Below, piece after piece: positions 46,092 to 55,461 of a stretch of 64,000 nt of DNA. How positions within the stretch are numbered: the first letter of the stretch is position 1; each line of letters begins with the position of its first letter. A program made the position numbers and the translations under genes. The notes under the pieces are model-generated. The model ran no database searches. It was not told the DNA's origin and saw nothing but the letters and a program-made list of their open reading frames with translations. Source of the DNA: Verrucomicrobiales bacterium (GTDB taxonomy: Bacteria; Verrucomicrobiota; Verrucomicrobiia; Limisphaerales; CANJXF01); contig CANJXF010000013.1 of assembly GCA_947478865.1 (NCBI GenBank), positions 1,462 through 65,461 of the forward strand, written 5' to 3'.

Positions 46092-46964
46092 TCAACCTTT
46101 GGCGGACCGGCGCCGAGGAGATTTCGTCCAAAACAAAATCAGCCCGGCCGCAAAAATACCGATGCTGACAAACTGTCCCGGGCTAATTGCGCCATTAAAG
46201 AAATATTCCGCGGGTTTGTAGTCGTCCCGGAAAATTTCCACAAACGACCGCAACACCGCGTAACAAAGCAAGTAGGCAGCGAGAATATGCCCGTCAAATT
46301 TCTTCCGGCGATAAAGCCATGCCAGAAAAAAATAGAGCCCAAAGTTTAACAACGATTCGTAAATCTGCGTTGGATGAACCGGCGTCGCGGGCAAGCCCAC
46401 CGGATGCGTTTCGTGGCCCACGGGAAAAGTAATCGCCCACGGCAGCGAACATTGTTTTCCAAAACAGCAACCGGTCATCAGACAGCCGATCCGGCCAAAC
46501 GCATGTCCCAGCGCCACGCTCGGTGCGAGCACGTCAGAGAATCTCAGCAATGGAATTTTTTTCCGGCGCGTGTAAATCAGCGCTGCGAGCGTCACACCAA
46601 AAAAGCCACCGTAAAAAACCAGTCCGCCCCGCTGGATCATGAACATTTCGGTCCACGGCTGGCGCGAAAACTCCTCTTTCCAATAGGTCAAAACATGCAA
46701 CGTTCGCGCGCCAATTACCACGCCAACCATTGCCCATGGCGCGAAATCCATCACGTCGGCGGCGGAGATTCCGCTGCGCAAAGCGCGGCGGCTCGCCGTC
46801 CAAAGGCCGAGCAGAAATCCGGTGGCGACCAGGATTCCGTACCAATGGACTGAAAGTTTCCCGAAATGAATGGCGATTGGATGCACGCAGACCCACTGTA
46901 AGTTTCCAGAGCCAAATTTCAAATTGCAAAATCGCTTGGGCGAATTCGCCATTTGTTCTTTCAA
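46092..46964 (-). CDS. lgt: Prolipoprotein diacylglyceryl transferase
   Basis: WYGILVATGFLLG, GRIGCLMTGCCFGK, HPTQIYESL. Confidence 0.88.
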   Translation of the reverse strand: MKEQMANSPKRFCNLKFGSGNLQWVCVHPIAIHFGKLSVHWYGILVATGFLLGLWTASRRALRSGISAADVMDFAPWAMVGVVIGARTLHVLTYWKEEFSRQPWTEMFMIQRGGLVFYGGFFGVTLAALIYTRRKKIPLLRFSDVLAPSVALGHAFGRIGCLMTGCCFGKQCSLPWAITFPVGHETHPVGLPATPVHPTQIYESLLNFGLYFFLAWLYRRKKFDGHILAAYLLCYAVLRSFVEIFRDDYKPAEYFFNGAISPGQFVSIGIFAAGLILFWTKSPRRRSAKG

Positions 46965-46989
46965 CGCTTTTGTGCAATTTAGCGGAGCG

Positions 46990-49900
46990 ATGACGTTATG
47001 GACGCTGATTCTTCGCGGGCTCCGATTTCACGCCCGCTCACATTTTGGCACACTCATGGGCGCGGCCATTGGCAGCGCCATTTTGATTGGCGCGCTGGCT
47101 GTCGGCGACTCGGTCCGTGAAAGTTTGCGCGAAATGGCTTTGTCCCGTTTGGGCAAAACAGAATTTGCCCTCGCATCGAACGATCGATTTTTTCGTGCCA
47201 GACTTGCCGACGAAATAAATTCCGCCGCAACGAAAGCCGCGCCGGTTTTGCAATTATCCGCAACAGCCGCCAACGACGAAGGAACGGCGCGCGCCAATCA
47301 GGTTCAAGTCTTGGGCGTGAACGATTCCTTCTGGAATTTCGCCGATAAGAACCTTCAGAAACCTCAAACAGACGATCCCTCGGTCGCGCTGAATTCGTCT
47401 TTGGCCAGGCAACTCAAGGCGAAGGTTGGCGACATCGTTTTGCTGCGGGTTCACAAACCGTCGCTTCTTTCTCGCGATGCGCCGATTTCCCCGCAGCAGG
47501 ATTTTTCGAGCGCATTTCGGTTGAAGGTCAGCGCAATTGTCGCCGAAGCGGAGCTCGGTAATTTCAGTTTGCGCGCGAACCAAGTTCCGCCCTTCAACGC
47601 GTTTGTTCCGATTGCGTTTTTGCAAGGCAAGCTCGGCCTCGAGGGCAAAGCCAACTTGCTTCTGGCGAGCTCGTCTGAAAAAGAAGGCGCTCTGAAAAAG
47701 CTCGAGGCAGCGCTGCGTCAGCATTGGCAATTGGCCGATGCCGAACTTCAATTGCGAGCGATCACCAACCAACCGATCTTGGAACTGCGCAGCGCCCGCG
47801 TTTTTCTTGATCCGCCCATTGTCAGCGCTGCCGTCAATGCCGCCGCGCAGGCCAATTTGGCCGCGACTTATTTCGTCAACGAGCTGCGCGTTGCCGATCA
47901 AGCCACGCCGTATTCCATGGTCACCGCAATCGGAGATCCGATTGTGCCAAAGGAAATGCGCGACGACGAAATCCTGATCAACCAATGGCTCGCCGACGAT
48001 TTGAGGGCGAAATCGGGCGACCAAATGGCGATTCGATATTTCACGGTGGGCGCAGATCAACGGCTGGATGAGCGGACGAATTCATTTCGCATTCGCGGCG
48101 TCGTGCCGCTCGCCGGGATTTACGCTGATCGTGATTTGATGCCAGATTTTCCCGGCGTTTCCAAAGCCGAGAAGACGGAGGATTGGGACGCGGGATTCGC
48201 AATCGACATGAAAAAGATCCGGCCGAAGGATGAGCAGTATTGGAAAGAGCGACGCGGAACCCCAAAGGCATTCGTGACCCTGACTGCTGGCGAAAAAATG
48301 TGGAGCAACCGATTCGGGGCTTTTACCGCCGTGCGATTTCCCGCCGGGAAAGCACCAGAAATCGAAGGAAAACTGCGAGGCCTGCTTGAGCCCGCTTCCG
48401 TTGGCCTGAGTTTTCAACCGGTGAGAGAACAAGCGCTTGCCGCCAGTTCGCAGTCGCAGGATTTTGGGCAGCTATTCCTCGGCTTTAGTTTCTTCCTGAT
48501 ATTCGCGGCGCTGCTTTTGGTCGCGTTACTTTTTCAATTCGGACTCGAACAACGCTCCACCGAAATCGGCACGTTGTTGGCGATGGGATTCCGGCCAAAA
48601 CAAGTGCGCAATCTACTGCTCGGGGAAGGAATGACGCTGGCGCTGGCGGGCGGAATTCTTGGAGCGGCTGGCGGAATCGTTTATGCGCGAGCCATGTTAC
48701 TGGGCCTGCAAACGATTTGGCGCTCGGCGGTCGGAACCTCGTCACTGCAATTTCATGTCACGGCGCTGACGCTAGCCATCGGCACAGTCGCAGGTTTTGC
48801 GGTGAGCACGTTGACGATCTGGCTGGCGGTTCGAAACAAGGCGAAGCGTCCGGCGCACGAGCTGCTCGCGCAGGGAGCGGAGCTTGAATTGGAAAACGTC
48901 CCCCGCAAATCCGCTGCGCGAAACGGGTCAACGTGGATCGGAACCGCGAGCGGCATCGCGGCGCTTGGTTTGGTGGCGTGGGCCATCCGCGAGAAAAACG
49001 ATGCTGCCGCTGGAATTTTTTTCGGCGCGGGCGCGCTGCTGCTGATTGCGGGGTTGGCGTTCGCGTCCAGTTTTCTCAAACACCTCGGACGCTCAAAAAC
49101 GAGCGAGCGTTTAACCCTGCTCAGTTTGGCGATCCGCGGGTGCAGCCGCCGTCGGAAGCGAAGCTTGGCGACAATCGGGTTGCTGGCGTGCGGAAGCTTT
49201 CTCGTGGTCTCCGTGGCAGCGAACAGATTGGATGCGGAAAAAGACAGCCGGTTGCGCTCGTCCGGCACCGGCGGTTTTGCGCTGCTCGGCGAATCGACCT
49301 TGCCCGTCACCAAAGATTTGAATTCAACGGCTGGACAAAGCTTTTTCGGTTTGGATGAAAAGGATTTGAAAAACGTGAACGTGGTTCCATTTCGCGTGCG
49401 AGAAGGCGATGACGCGAGTTGTTTGAATTTGAACCGCGCGCAAATTCCAAAATTGCTCGGGGTCAATCCCCAAGCCCTTATCGCCAGAAAAGCCTTCTCC
49501 TTTACGAAAACGCTTCGCGACATCTCGCCGCAAAATCCATGGATGCTGATCAATCAATTGATGCACCAAGAAGTTGTCGCGGCCGGCTCTATTAATTCAC
49601 CATCGATTATTGACGGCAGCATCCCTGCGATCGGCGATGCCGCATCGATCCAGTGGGCGCTCGGAAAAAAGGTCGGCGACGTAATCGAATACACCGACGA
49701 ACATGGAAACAAATTCAACGTCCGCATCGTCGGCGCGGTAGCGAATTCCATTCTGCAAGGAAGCCTCATTATCGACGAAGCCGAGTTCGTGAAGCGCTTC
49801 CCTTCGACCAGCGGTTATCGAATGTTTTTGATCGATGCGCCGTCAGAGAACGTGGAGCAAGTCAGCGCAACCCTTTCGCGTGCGCTACGCGATGTGGGCT

Positions 49901-50334
49901 TGGAACTGACGCCGACGGAGCAACGGCTGGCCGCTTTTAACGCAGTGCAAAATACCTATTTGAACACATTTCAAGTTCTCGGCGGACTCGGTCTCCTGCT
50001 TGGAAGCGCGGGGCTGGGAATCATTGTCCTGCGCAACGTCTTGGAGCGGCGCGGCGAATTGGCCATTTTGCTCGCGACCGGTTTTCGCCGCCGAACGTTG
50101 CGCTGGCTGGTGCTTGCGGAACACGCGGCGCTGTTGTGGTTGGGAATCGGTTTGGGCGTGACCGCAGCGTTCGTGGCCGTTTTGCCGACATTGCTTTCGC
50201 CCCGTGGAGAATTGCCCTATTTTTCACTGGCAGTAACACTCGGAACCGTGCTGGCCAGCGGAATGATTTGGACATGGGCTGCGACATCGCTGGCTTTGCG
50301 TGGCGAATTAATTGAATCTTTGCGAAACAACTGA
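46990..50334 (+). CDS. Large FtsX-like ABC transporter permease (two FtsX modules)
   Basis: N-terminal LRGLRFHARSHFGTLMGAAIGSA. Two four-helix FtsX-type blocks (around LAMGFRPKQVRNLLLGEG and LATGFRRRTLRWLVLAEH). ATG at 46990 avoids overlap with lgt. Confidence 0.75.
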   Translation: MTLWTLILRGLRFHARSHFGTLMGAAIGSAILIGALAVGDSVRESLREMALSRLGKTEFALASNDRFFRARLADEINSAATKAAPVLQLSATAANDEGTARANQVQVLGVNDSFWNFADKNLQKPQTDDPSVALNSSLARQLKAKVGDIVLLRVHKPSLLSRDAPISPQQDFSSAFRLKVSAIVAEAELGNFSLRANQVPPFNAFVPIAFLQGKLGLEGKANLLLASSSEKEGALKKLEAALRQHWQLADAELQLRAITNQPILELRSARVFLDPPIVSAAVNAAAQANLAATYFVNELRVADQATPYSMVTAIGDPIVPKEMRDDEILINQWLADDLRAKSGDQMAIRYFTVGADQRLDERTNSFRIRGVVPLAGIYADRDLMPDFPGVSKAEKTEDWDAGFAIDMKKIRPKDEQYWKERRGTPKAFVTLTAGEKMWSNRFGAFTAVRFPAGKAPEIEGKLRGLLEPASVGLSFQPVREQALAASSQSQDFGQLFLGFSFFLIFAALLLVALLFQFGLEQRSTEIGTLLAMGFRPKQVRNLLLGEGMTLALAGGILGAAGGIVYARAMLLGLQTIWRSAVGTSSLQFHVTALTLAIGTVAGFAVSTLTIWLAVRNKAKRPAHELLAQGAELELENVPRKSAARNGSTWIGTASGIAALGLVAWAIREKNDAAAGIFFGAGALLLIAGLAFASSFLKHLGRSKTSERLTLLSLAIRGCSRRRKRSLATIGLLACGSFLVVSVAANRLDAEKDSRLRSSGTGGFALLGESTLPVTKDLNSTAGQSFFGLDEKDLKNVNVVPFRVREGDDASCLNLNRAQIPKLLGVNPQALIARKAFSFTKTLRDISPQNPWMLINQLMHQEVVAAGSINSPSIIDGSIPAIGDAASIQWALGKKVGDVIEYTDEHGNKFNVRIVGAVANSILQGSLIIDEAEFVKRFPSTSGYRMFLIDAPSENVEQVSATLSRALRDVGLELTPTEQRLAAFNAVQNTYLNTFQVLGGLGLLLGSAGLGIIVLRNVLERRGELAILLATGFRRRTLRWLVLAEHAALLWLGIGLGVTAAFVAVLPTLLSPRGELPYFSLAVTLGTVLASGMIWTWAATSLALRGELIESLRNN

Positions 50335-50339
50335 GGACG

Positions 50340-51008
50340 ATGAAACAAATTTTATATTTTGGTCTGGCCGTGACGTTCGCCACTTTGGTAAGTGGGCAGG
50401 AAAACAAAGCAGCGGCGGATGCTGGAAATGTTCTGTACGAAAACAATTTTGAAAAGTCGGAACTCGACAAAGTTCCCTCGGAATTCCTGGTGCTGGACGG
50501 CGGCTTCGCGGTGAAACAGGAGGGCGCGAATAAATTTCTGGAACTTCCTGGCGCGCCTCTGGAGACGTTCGGCGTTTTGTTTGGACCGACTTTGGAATCT
50601 GATGTCGCCGTCACAGCAAAGATGAAAGGGACAGGAAAAGGCCGACGGTTTCCGACGTTCGCGGTCGGGTTGAATGGCGTGGGCGGTTATCGATTGCAAG
50701 TGTCGCCTGCGAAAAATGCATTGGAGCTCTACAAGGGGGATGCCGTCGTCGCGACCGCGCCATACGAGCAAAAAATTGGCACGTGGATGATCCTGCGCTT
50801 GGAAAACCGCAAGGCAGGCGAGAACGATTACAAGATCGAGGGAAAAGTTTGGCTGGAGAACGCGCCTGAACCGAAAGAGCCGATAATCAGTTTTGCGGAA
50901 AAATCCAAGCCAGTGTCGGGTCGCGCCACAATCTGGGGAAGCCCTTACGCTGGAACACCGATTGAATTTGACGATCTGAAGGTCACCGGTTCACCTTCGA
51001 AAAAGTAG
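50340..51008 (+). CDS. Secreted protein, concanavalin/LamG-like jelly-roll (tentative)
   Basis: Signal peptide. Beta-rich 222 aa. Starts 5 nt after the permease stop. Confidence 0.45.
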   Translation: MKQILYFGLAVTFATLVSGQENKAAADAGNVLYENNFEKSELDKVPSEFLVLDGGFAVKQEGANKFLELPGAPLETFGVLFGPTLESDVAVTAKMKGTGKGRRFPTFAVGLNGVGGYRLQVSPAKNALELYKGDAVVATAPYEQKIGTWMILRLENRKAGENDYKIEGKVWLENAPEPKEPIISFAEKSKPVSGRATIWGSPYAGTPIEFDDLKVTGSPSKK

Positions 51009-51305
51009 CCCTTCACGAGATCCCTGGAAAACGACATTCCTCGTTAACGCCATTGATCTGATTGCTCCAACTGCAAAACGCGCCAGAATCGGTGGGCATT
51101 GCCACTCGCATTTGGTCAAAGGAATTGCGCCGGGGTTTGCGCTGATGTTGTTTCCGAGCGGCCTCCAGCTTGAATCTTCCAAATTGTTTTTGGATTTAAC
51201 GCCAAGCGAGCGCGGAAATGATAGCGACCGCTGCGCCGGAACAGCGGGCTGTAAAGGCAGAATTGTTCCGTGCAATCCTGCCGCAATCGACGTTACTATT
51301 TTCGC

Positions 51306-52775
51306 ATGGCTCCCGTCTCTGTTGTGATGAAATTCGCCCGATTGCTTTTACTGCTGCTCATGGTCGGCTCACTGCACGCCGCCGAAACGCGACCGAACAT
51401 CGTTTGGATTATTGGCGAAGACATGGGACCGGAACTCGGTTGTTACGGCGATCAGCAAGCCATCACACCGAAAATGGATCGCCTAGCGCGCGATGGGGCG
51501 CGTTACACGCATTGCTTCACGCACGCACCCGTCTGTGCGCCAAGTCGCTCGGGCCTCATCACCGGCCAATATCCCACCACCATCGGCACGCACCACATGC
51601 GGTCGCAATTGCTCAAGCCTCCGACCATGTTCACTGAGCATTTGAAGAAAGCGGGCTACACGATCTGTTGGCCGACGAAAGGCGGATTCGGCAAAACGGA
51701 TTTTAACTTCGAGCTGCCGCCGGATGCCTTCGATGTGCGGACCGACTGGACGCAGCAGAAGCCCAAGGAACCGTTCTTCGGCTTCTTTAACATCACCTGG
51801 TCACACGAGAGTAAACTTCGCGCGGACCCCGGCGATCTCGCCAGGCTCACGGAAAAGTTAAAACCAAACGAGCGCCATGATCCGAAGAAAATGGCCGTGC
51901 CCCCGTATCATCCCGACGCGTCGGAAGTGCGCCGCGATCTGGCGAATTATTACGACCTCGTGACGGCGGTAGACAAAAAGATGGGCGACGTGCTCGACAC
52001 GCTGGAGAAATGGGGCATCGCGTCGAACACGGTCGTAATTCTGACGGGCGATCACGGCCGCAGTTTGCCGCGAAGCAAACGCTGGATTTACGACAGCGGA
52101 ATTCATGTGCCGCTGATCGTGCGCTGGCCGGGACACGTCAAAGGCGGCGAAGTGCGCGATGATCTGGTGAGCTTTATTGATTTTGCGCCGACGATGTTGA
52201 GCGTGGCGGGCGTCCAGCCATGGCCGTGGGGCGGATTCGTATTTTCTGATCCCGGAGTGGCTCATGGCTTTTATCCGCCGATGCAAGGCGCGGTTTTCCT
52301 CGGCGACCACGCGCAAAAGCGGAATTACATCTTCGCCGCTCGCGATCGCATGGACGAAACCTATGACCGCATTCGCGCTGTTCGCGACCAACAGTTCAAA
52401 TACATTCGCAATTTCGAGCCTCAATTGCCTTACGCTCAACGCATCGCCTATGGCGAAGAAATGCCGACATTGCAGGTTTGGCGCAAATGGAATGCCGAAG
52501 GAAAGTTGAACGCGGCGCAAAAACGATTCTTCGCACCAACAAAACCGACAGAAGAGCTTTACGATTGCCAGGCCGATCCCCACGAAATCAACAATCTCGC
52601 GAGCGATCCGAAACACGCAAAAAAGCTGAACGAATTACGCGCGGCGTTGGACAAATGGATTGAGCAGACGCATGATATGGGCGCAATTCCCGAAACGGAA
52701 TTAATTAAGCGCGGATTGGTCGCCAACCGACTTTCGGGATATGATTCGCGGAAATTGAAACCAGAGAAAAAATGA
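51306..52775 (+). CDS. Sulfatase (Cys-type)
   Basis: Signal peptide. NIVWIIGEDMG, signature CAPSRSGLITGQ, TGDHG. Alternative ATG at 51327. Confidence 0.85.
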   Translation: MAPVSVVMKFARLLLLLLMVGSLHAAETRPNIVWIIGEDMGPELGCYGDQQAITPKMDRLARDGARYTHCFTHAPVCAPSRSGLITGQYPTTIGTHHMRSQLLKPPTMFTEHLKKAGYTICWPTKGGFGKTDFNFELPPDAFDVRTDWTQQKPKEPFFGFFNITWSHESKLRADPGDLARLTEKLKPNERHDPKKMAVPPYHPDASEVRRDLANYYDLVTAVDKKMGDVLDTLEKWGIASNTVVILTGDHGRSLPRSKRWIYDSGIHVPLIVRWPGHVKGGEVRDDLVSFIDFAPTMLSVAGVQPWPWGGFVFSDPGVAHGFYPPMQGAVFLGDHAQKRNYIFAARDRMDETYDRIRAVRDQQFKYIRNFEPQLPYAQRIAYGEEMPTLQVWRKWNAEGKLNAAQKRFFAPTKPTEELYDCQADPHEINNLASDPKHAKKLNELRAALDKWIEQTHDMGAIPETELIKRGLVANRLSGYDSRKLKPEKK

Positions 52776-53866
52776 GCAGTCCGGAAAAAACACCAGATAA
52801 AAACCAGGTTTCCACAGGAAAAATCATCGCGATCATCGCGGTTGTGCTGGTGGGCGTTGTTGCCGGAACGATGCTTTCAATGAGGGCGGCGGACAAGGAC
52901 GCCAAGAAACAGTTCGAAAGGCCAGGCGCACTGGGCCACGAGATGCGATCGACCCTGAATACCAACAACATGGTGTGGGTGCCGGGCGGAACATTTTTCA
53001 TGGGGTCGGAGAACGGACAGGAAGACGAGAAGCCAGTTCACGAAGTGGCGGTGGATGGTTTCTGGATGGACAAAACGGAAGTAACCAATGAGGAGTTTGA
53101 CAAGTTTGTCCGGGCGACGCGCTACGTGACGGTTGCCGAACGCAAACCGGATCCGAAAGATTTTCCAGGCGTTCCAACGGAGAATCTGGTTGCAGGCTCG
53201 GTTGTCTTCACGCCGCCACCCGGTGAAGTATCGCTCGAAAATCATTTCGCCTGGTGGAGTTATGTTCCCGGGGCCAATTGGCGTCATCCGCAAGGTCCGG
53301 CGTCTGACATCAAAGGTTTGGAAAGACATCCGGTGGTGCATGTCTGCTGGGACGACGCAGCGGCTTACGCAAAGTGGGCCGGCAAACGTTTGCCGACCGA
53401 AGCCGAATGGGAATACGCGTCGCGGGGCGGTTTGGATCGGAAACCGTTCAGTTGGGGCGAAGAAAAAGTTCCCGGCGGTCAATGGCAGGCAAATATCTGG
53501 CAAGGCCAATTTCCCAACGAAAACAAACTGGAGGACGGGTTTCGCCAGAGTTCGCCGGTGAGGACGTTTCCATCGAATCGCTACGGCTTGTTCGACATGG
53601 CCGGCAATGTTTGGGAATGGTGCGCGGATTGGTATCGGCCCGACTATTACGCAAATAGTCCGGCGAAAAACCCGCCTGGTCCAAACGACAGCTTCGATCC
53701 CAATGAGCCCGGAACAGCCAAGCGGGTAACGCGTGGCGGGTCTTATCTTTGCAGCGACTTATACTGCACTGGATATCGCCCTAGCGCGCGGATGAAGACA
53801 TCTCCTGACACTGGTTTGTCCCACACCGGATTTCGTTGCGTGGTCAAAGGCCCTCCTCCGGGTTAA
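52772..53866 (+). CDS. Formylglycine-generating enzyme family protein (SUMF1-type)
   Basis: MVWVPGGTFFMGS, VTNEEFDKFV, AGNVWEWCADWY, RGGSYLC. The start overlaps the sulfatase stop (ATGA). Confidence 0.85.
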   Translation: MSSPEKTPDKNQVSTGKIIAIIAVVLVGVVAGTMLSMRAADKDAKKQFERPGALGHEMRSTLNTNNMVWVPGGTFFMGSENGQEDEKPVHEVAVDGFWMDKTEVTNEEFDKFVRATRYVTVAERKPDPKDFPGVPTENLVAGSVVFTPPPGEVSLENHFAWWSYVPGANWRHPQGPASDIKGLERHPVVHVCWDDAAAYAKWAGKRLPTEAEWEYASRGGLDRKPFSWGEEKVPGGQWQANIWQGQFPNENKLEDGFRQSSPVRTFPSNRYGLFDMAGNVWEWCADWYRPDYYANSPAKNPPGPNDSFDPNEPGTAKRVTRGGSYLCSDLYCTGYRPSARMKTSPDTGLSHTGFRCVVKGPPPG

Positions 53867-53923
53867 TCAACGATCCGAAAATTTCCTGAGTCCTAAAACG
53901 CCCGACGCCTGAATTGAAAACGC

Positions 53924-55186
53924 TCAGGTCAAATACGGAATCGTTAAAGGACCTTGCGGAAGAACAGCGACCCGGGCGTTTGGCCCAAGTTTTCTTAAGC
54001 GGTCTCCCACTGCGGCCCCAATATCTTGGCACGGAGTCAAGAATGCCGCGCGCACCACTTCTTCCGGCAACGAACTATAAAGCAACACTTCTGCGCGCCG
54101 TTGGATGAGCGCTTGGATTTGCGCCTGCCATTGTTCAGGCCGAACAAATCCGGGCGTGGAGAGCATCGTTAAAATTTCCTCGGGACTGGAGGCGCTACGC
54201 AGAAGTTTGTCCAGCGGACTATTCGCGGGAACCCCTTCGCGACATTCGCATGCGAGAATCAACAAACCGTTTTCCGAAAGAACCCGCGCACCCGCGCTCA
54301 TCCCCTTCACGCCCTGGTAAAGATTCATGTCGAGGGGATGACCGCTGTTCGTTGTGATAACAATATCAAAGGGTTCTTTGACTTTTTGCATGGCGGATTT
54401 TCGAACGAATTCAAAGCCAACCTTGTGCGCCTGCAAAATGTCACCGGCGAAAACGCCCGTAATTTCTCGCGCCTCATTCAGCGTAACGTTGAAAAGGAAG
54501 CTCGGCCCAACCCGCAACGCGATGTCCCGCAGTTCTTCCCACAGCGGATTGCCCTCCGTGATTCCGAACGTTGCCTTCGGGTTGCCAATATTTTTTACGC
54601 CGTGATTGCTCATCACGGTTTCCAGCCCAGCGCACCCGGGCATGATGCCTTTGATTCCGCCGCTGAATCCGGCGAAGAAATGCGGCTCAATAAATCCCGT
54701 GATAATCCGCACGTCCGCTTCCGCCAAAGTTTTGTTGATCAACGCCGGCGTGCCGTCTCGCGTCGTTCCGAATTCTTTCAGCGCCGCGTGGTTTTCCGGC
54801 TCGTGATTGATCACGCGATAATCGCGCACAACTTCGGGCGTGAGTAATTTCTCCAGTTCCGCTTTCGTGTTCGGCCGATGCGTCCCCAGTTGGTTAAGCA
54901 AGGTGATGTTCTCTCGCGGAAACTCAGATAAATATTCCAATAACCATGGAATGATTCGCTCGTTCGGCGTCGCGCGGGTGATGTCGGTGAACGCGATGCA
55001 AATTTTGTCCGTCGGCTTGATCCATTCGCGCAACGGACGGCTGCCAATCGGACTCCGCAACGCCGCCAGCACTGCCGCTTTTTCGTCCGGCAGACCGGGA
55101 TTGTGCGACGGCAGGATCACCGTCGTGCGGTTCTCAGGCAGGTCGAGTTGCAGGTGTCCGTGTCCGTAAGCGAGATCAACTTTCAT
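53924..55186 (-). CDS. LarA-like nickel-pincer-cofactor-dependent racemase/epimerase family protein
   Basis: GTHRP, IEPHFFAGFSGGIKGIMPG, SNHG and NLYQGVKGM parallel L. plantarum LarA GFHRP, ESHFFAGFSGGRKSVLPG, ANHS and NIYQAVKGM. Confidence 0.75.
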   Translation of the reverse strand: MKVDLAYGHGHLQLDLPENRTTVILPSHNPGLPDEKAAVLAALRSPIGSRPLREWIKPTDKICIAFTDITRATPNERIIPWLLEYLSEFPRENITLLNQLGTHRPNTKAELEKLLTPEVVRDYRVINHEPENHAALKEFGTTRDGTPALINKTLAEADVRIITGFIEPHFFAGFSGGIKGIMPGCAGLETVMSNHGVKNIGNPKATFGITEGNPLWEELRDIALRVGPSFLFNVTLNEAREITGVFAGDILQAHKVGFEFVRKSAMQKVKEPFDIVITTNSGHPLDMNLYQGVKGMSAGARVLSENGLLILACECREGVPANSPLDKLLRSASSPEEILTMLSTPGFVRPEQWQAQIQALIQRRAEVLLYSSLPEEVVRAAFLTPCQDIGAAVGDRLRKLGPNARVAVLPQGPLTIPYLT

Positions 55187-55247
55187 GTTTTTAAATCGGC
55201 ACAAATTAGACGGAACCGTGCCGTGCGCAAAGCGCAATTCAATTGAG

Positions 55248-55445
55248 TTAACCGTCTTCCACAAGATCACGAGCACGAACCTGCAGCGCTTTGGAAATTT
55301 GAAGGAGCGTCGTCAACGAAATTTGTTCTTCTCCACGTCCGCGCCGAATTTTCGCAACCGACCTTCTGATTTCTTGCCCAAAGGCGCAGCAAATTACGTT
55401 GGCAAAATTCAATGGACAGAAACGCCGCAAAGCGTCGTAGTTCAT
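55248..55445 (-). CDS. Small XRE-like HTH protein (tentative)
   Basis: 65 aa. FGQEIRRSVAKIRRGRGEEQISLTTLLQISKALQV resembles the helix-3/ErG..P-sl.tl region of HTH_3. Divergent from the giant gene. Confidence 0.35.
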   Translation of the reverse strand: MNYDALRRFCPLNFANVICCAFGQEIRRSVAKIRRGRGEEQISLTTLLQISKALQVRARDLVEDG

Positions 55446-55461
55446 GCACGGTCAAATTGTT

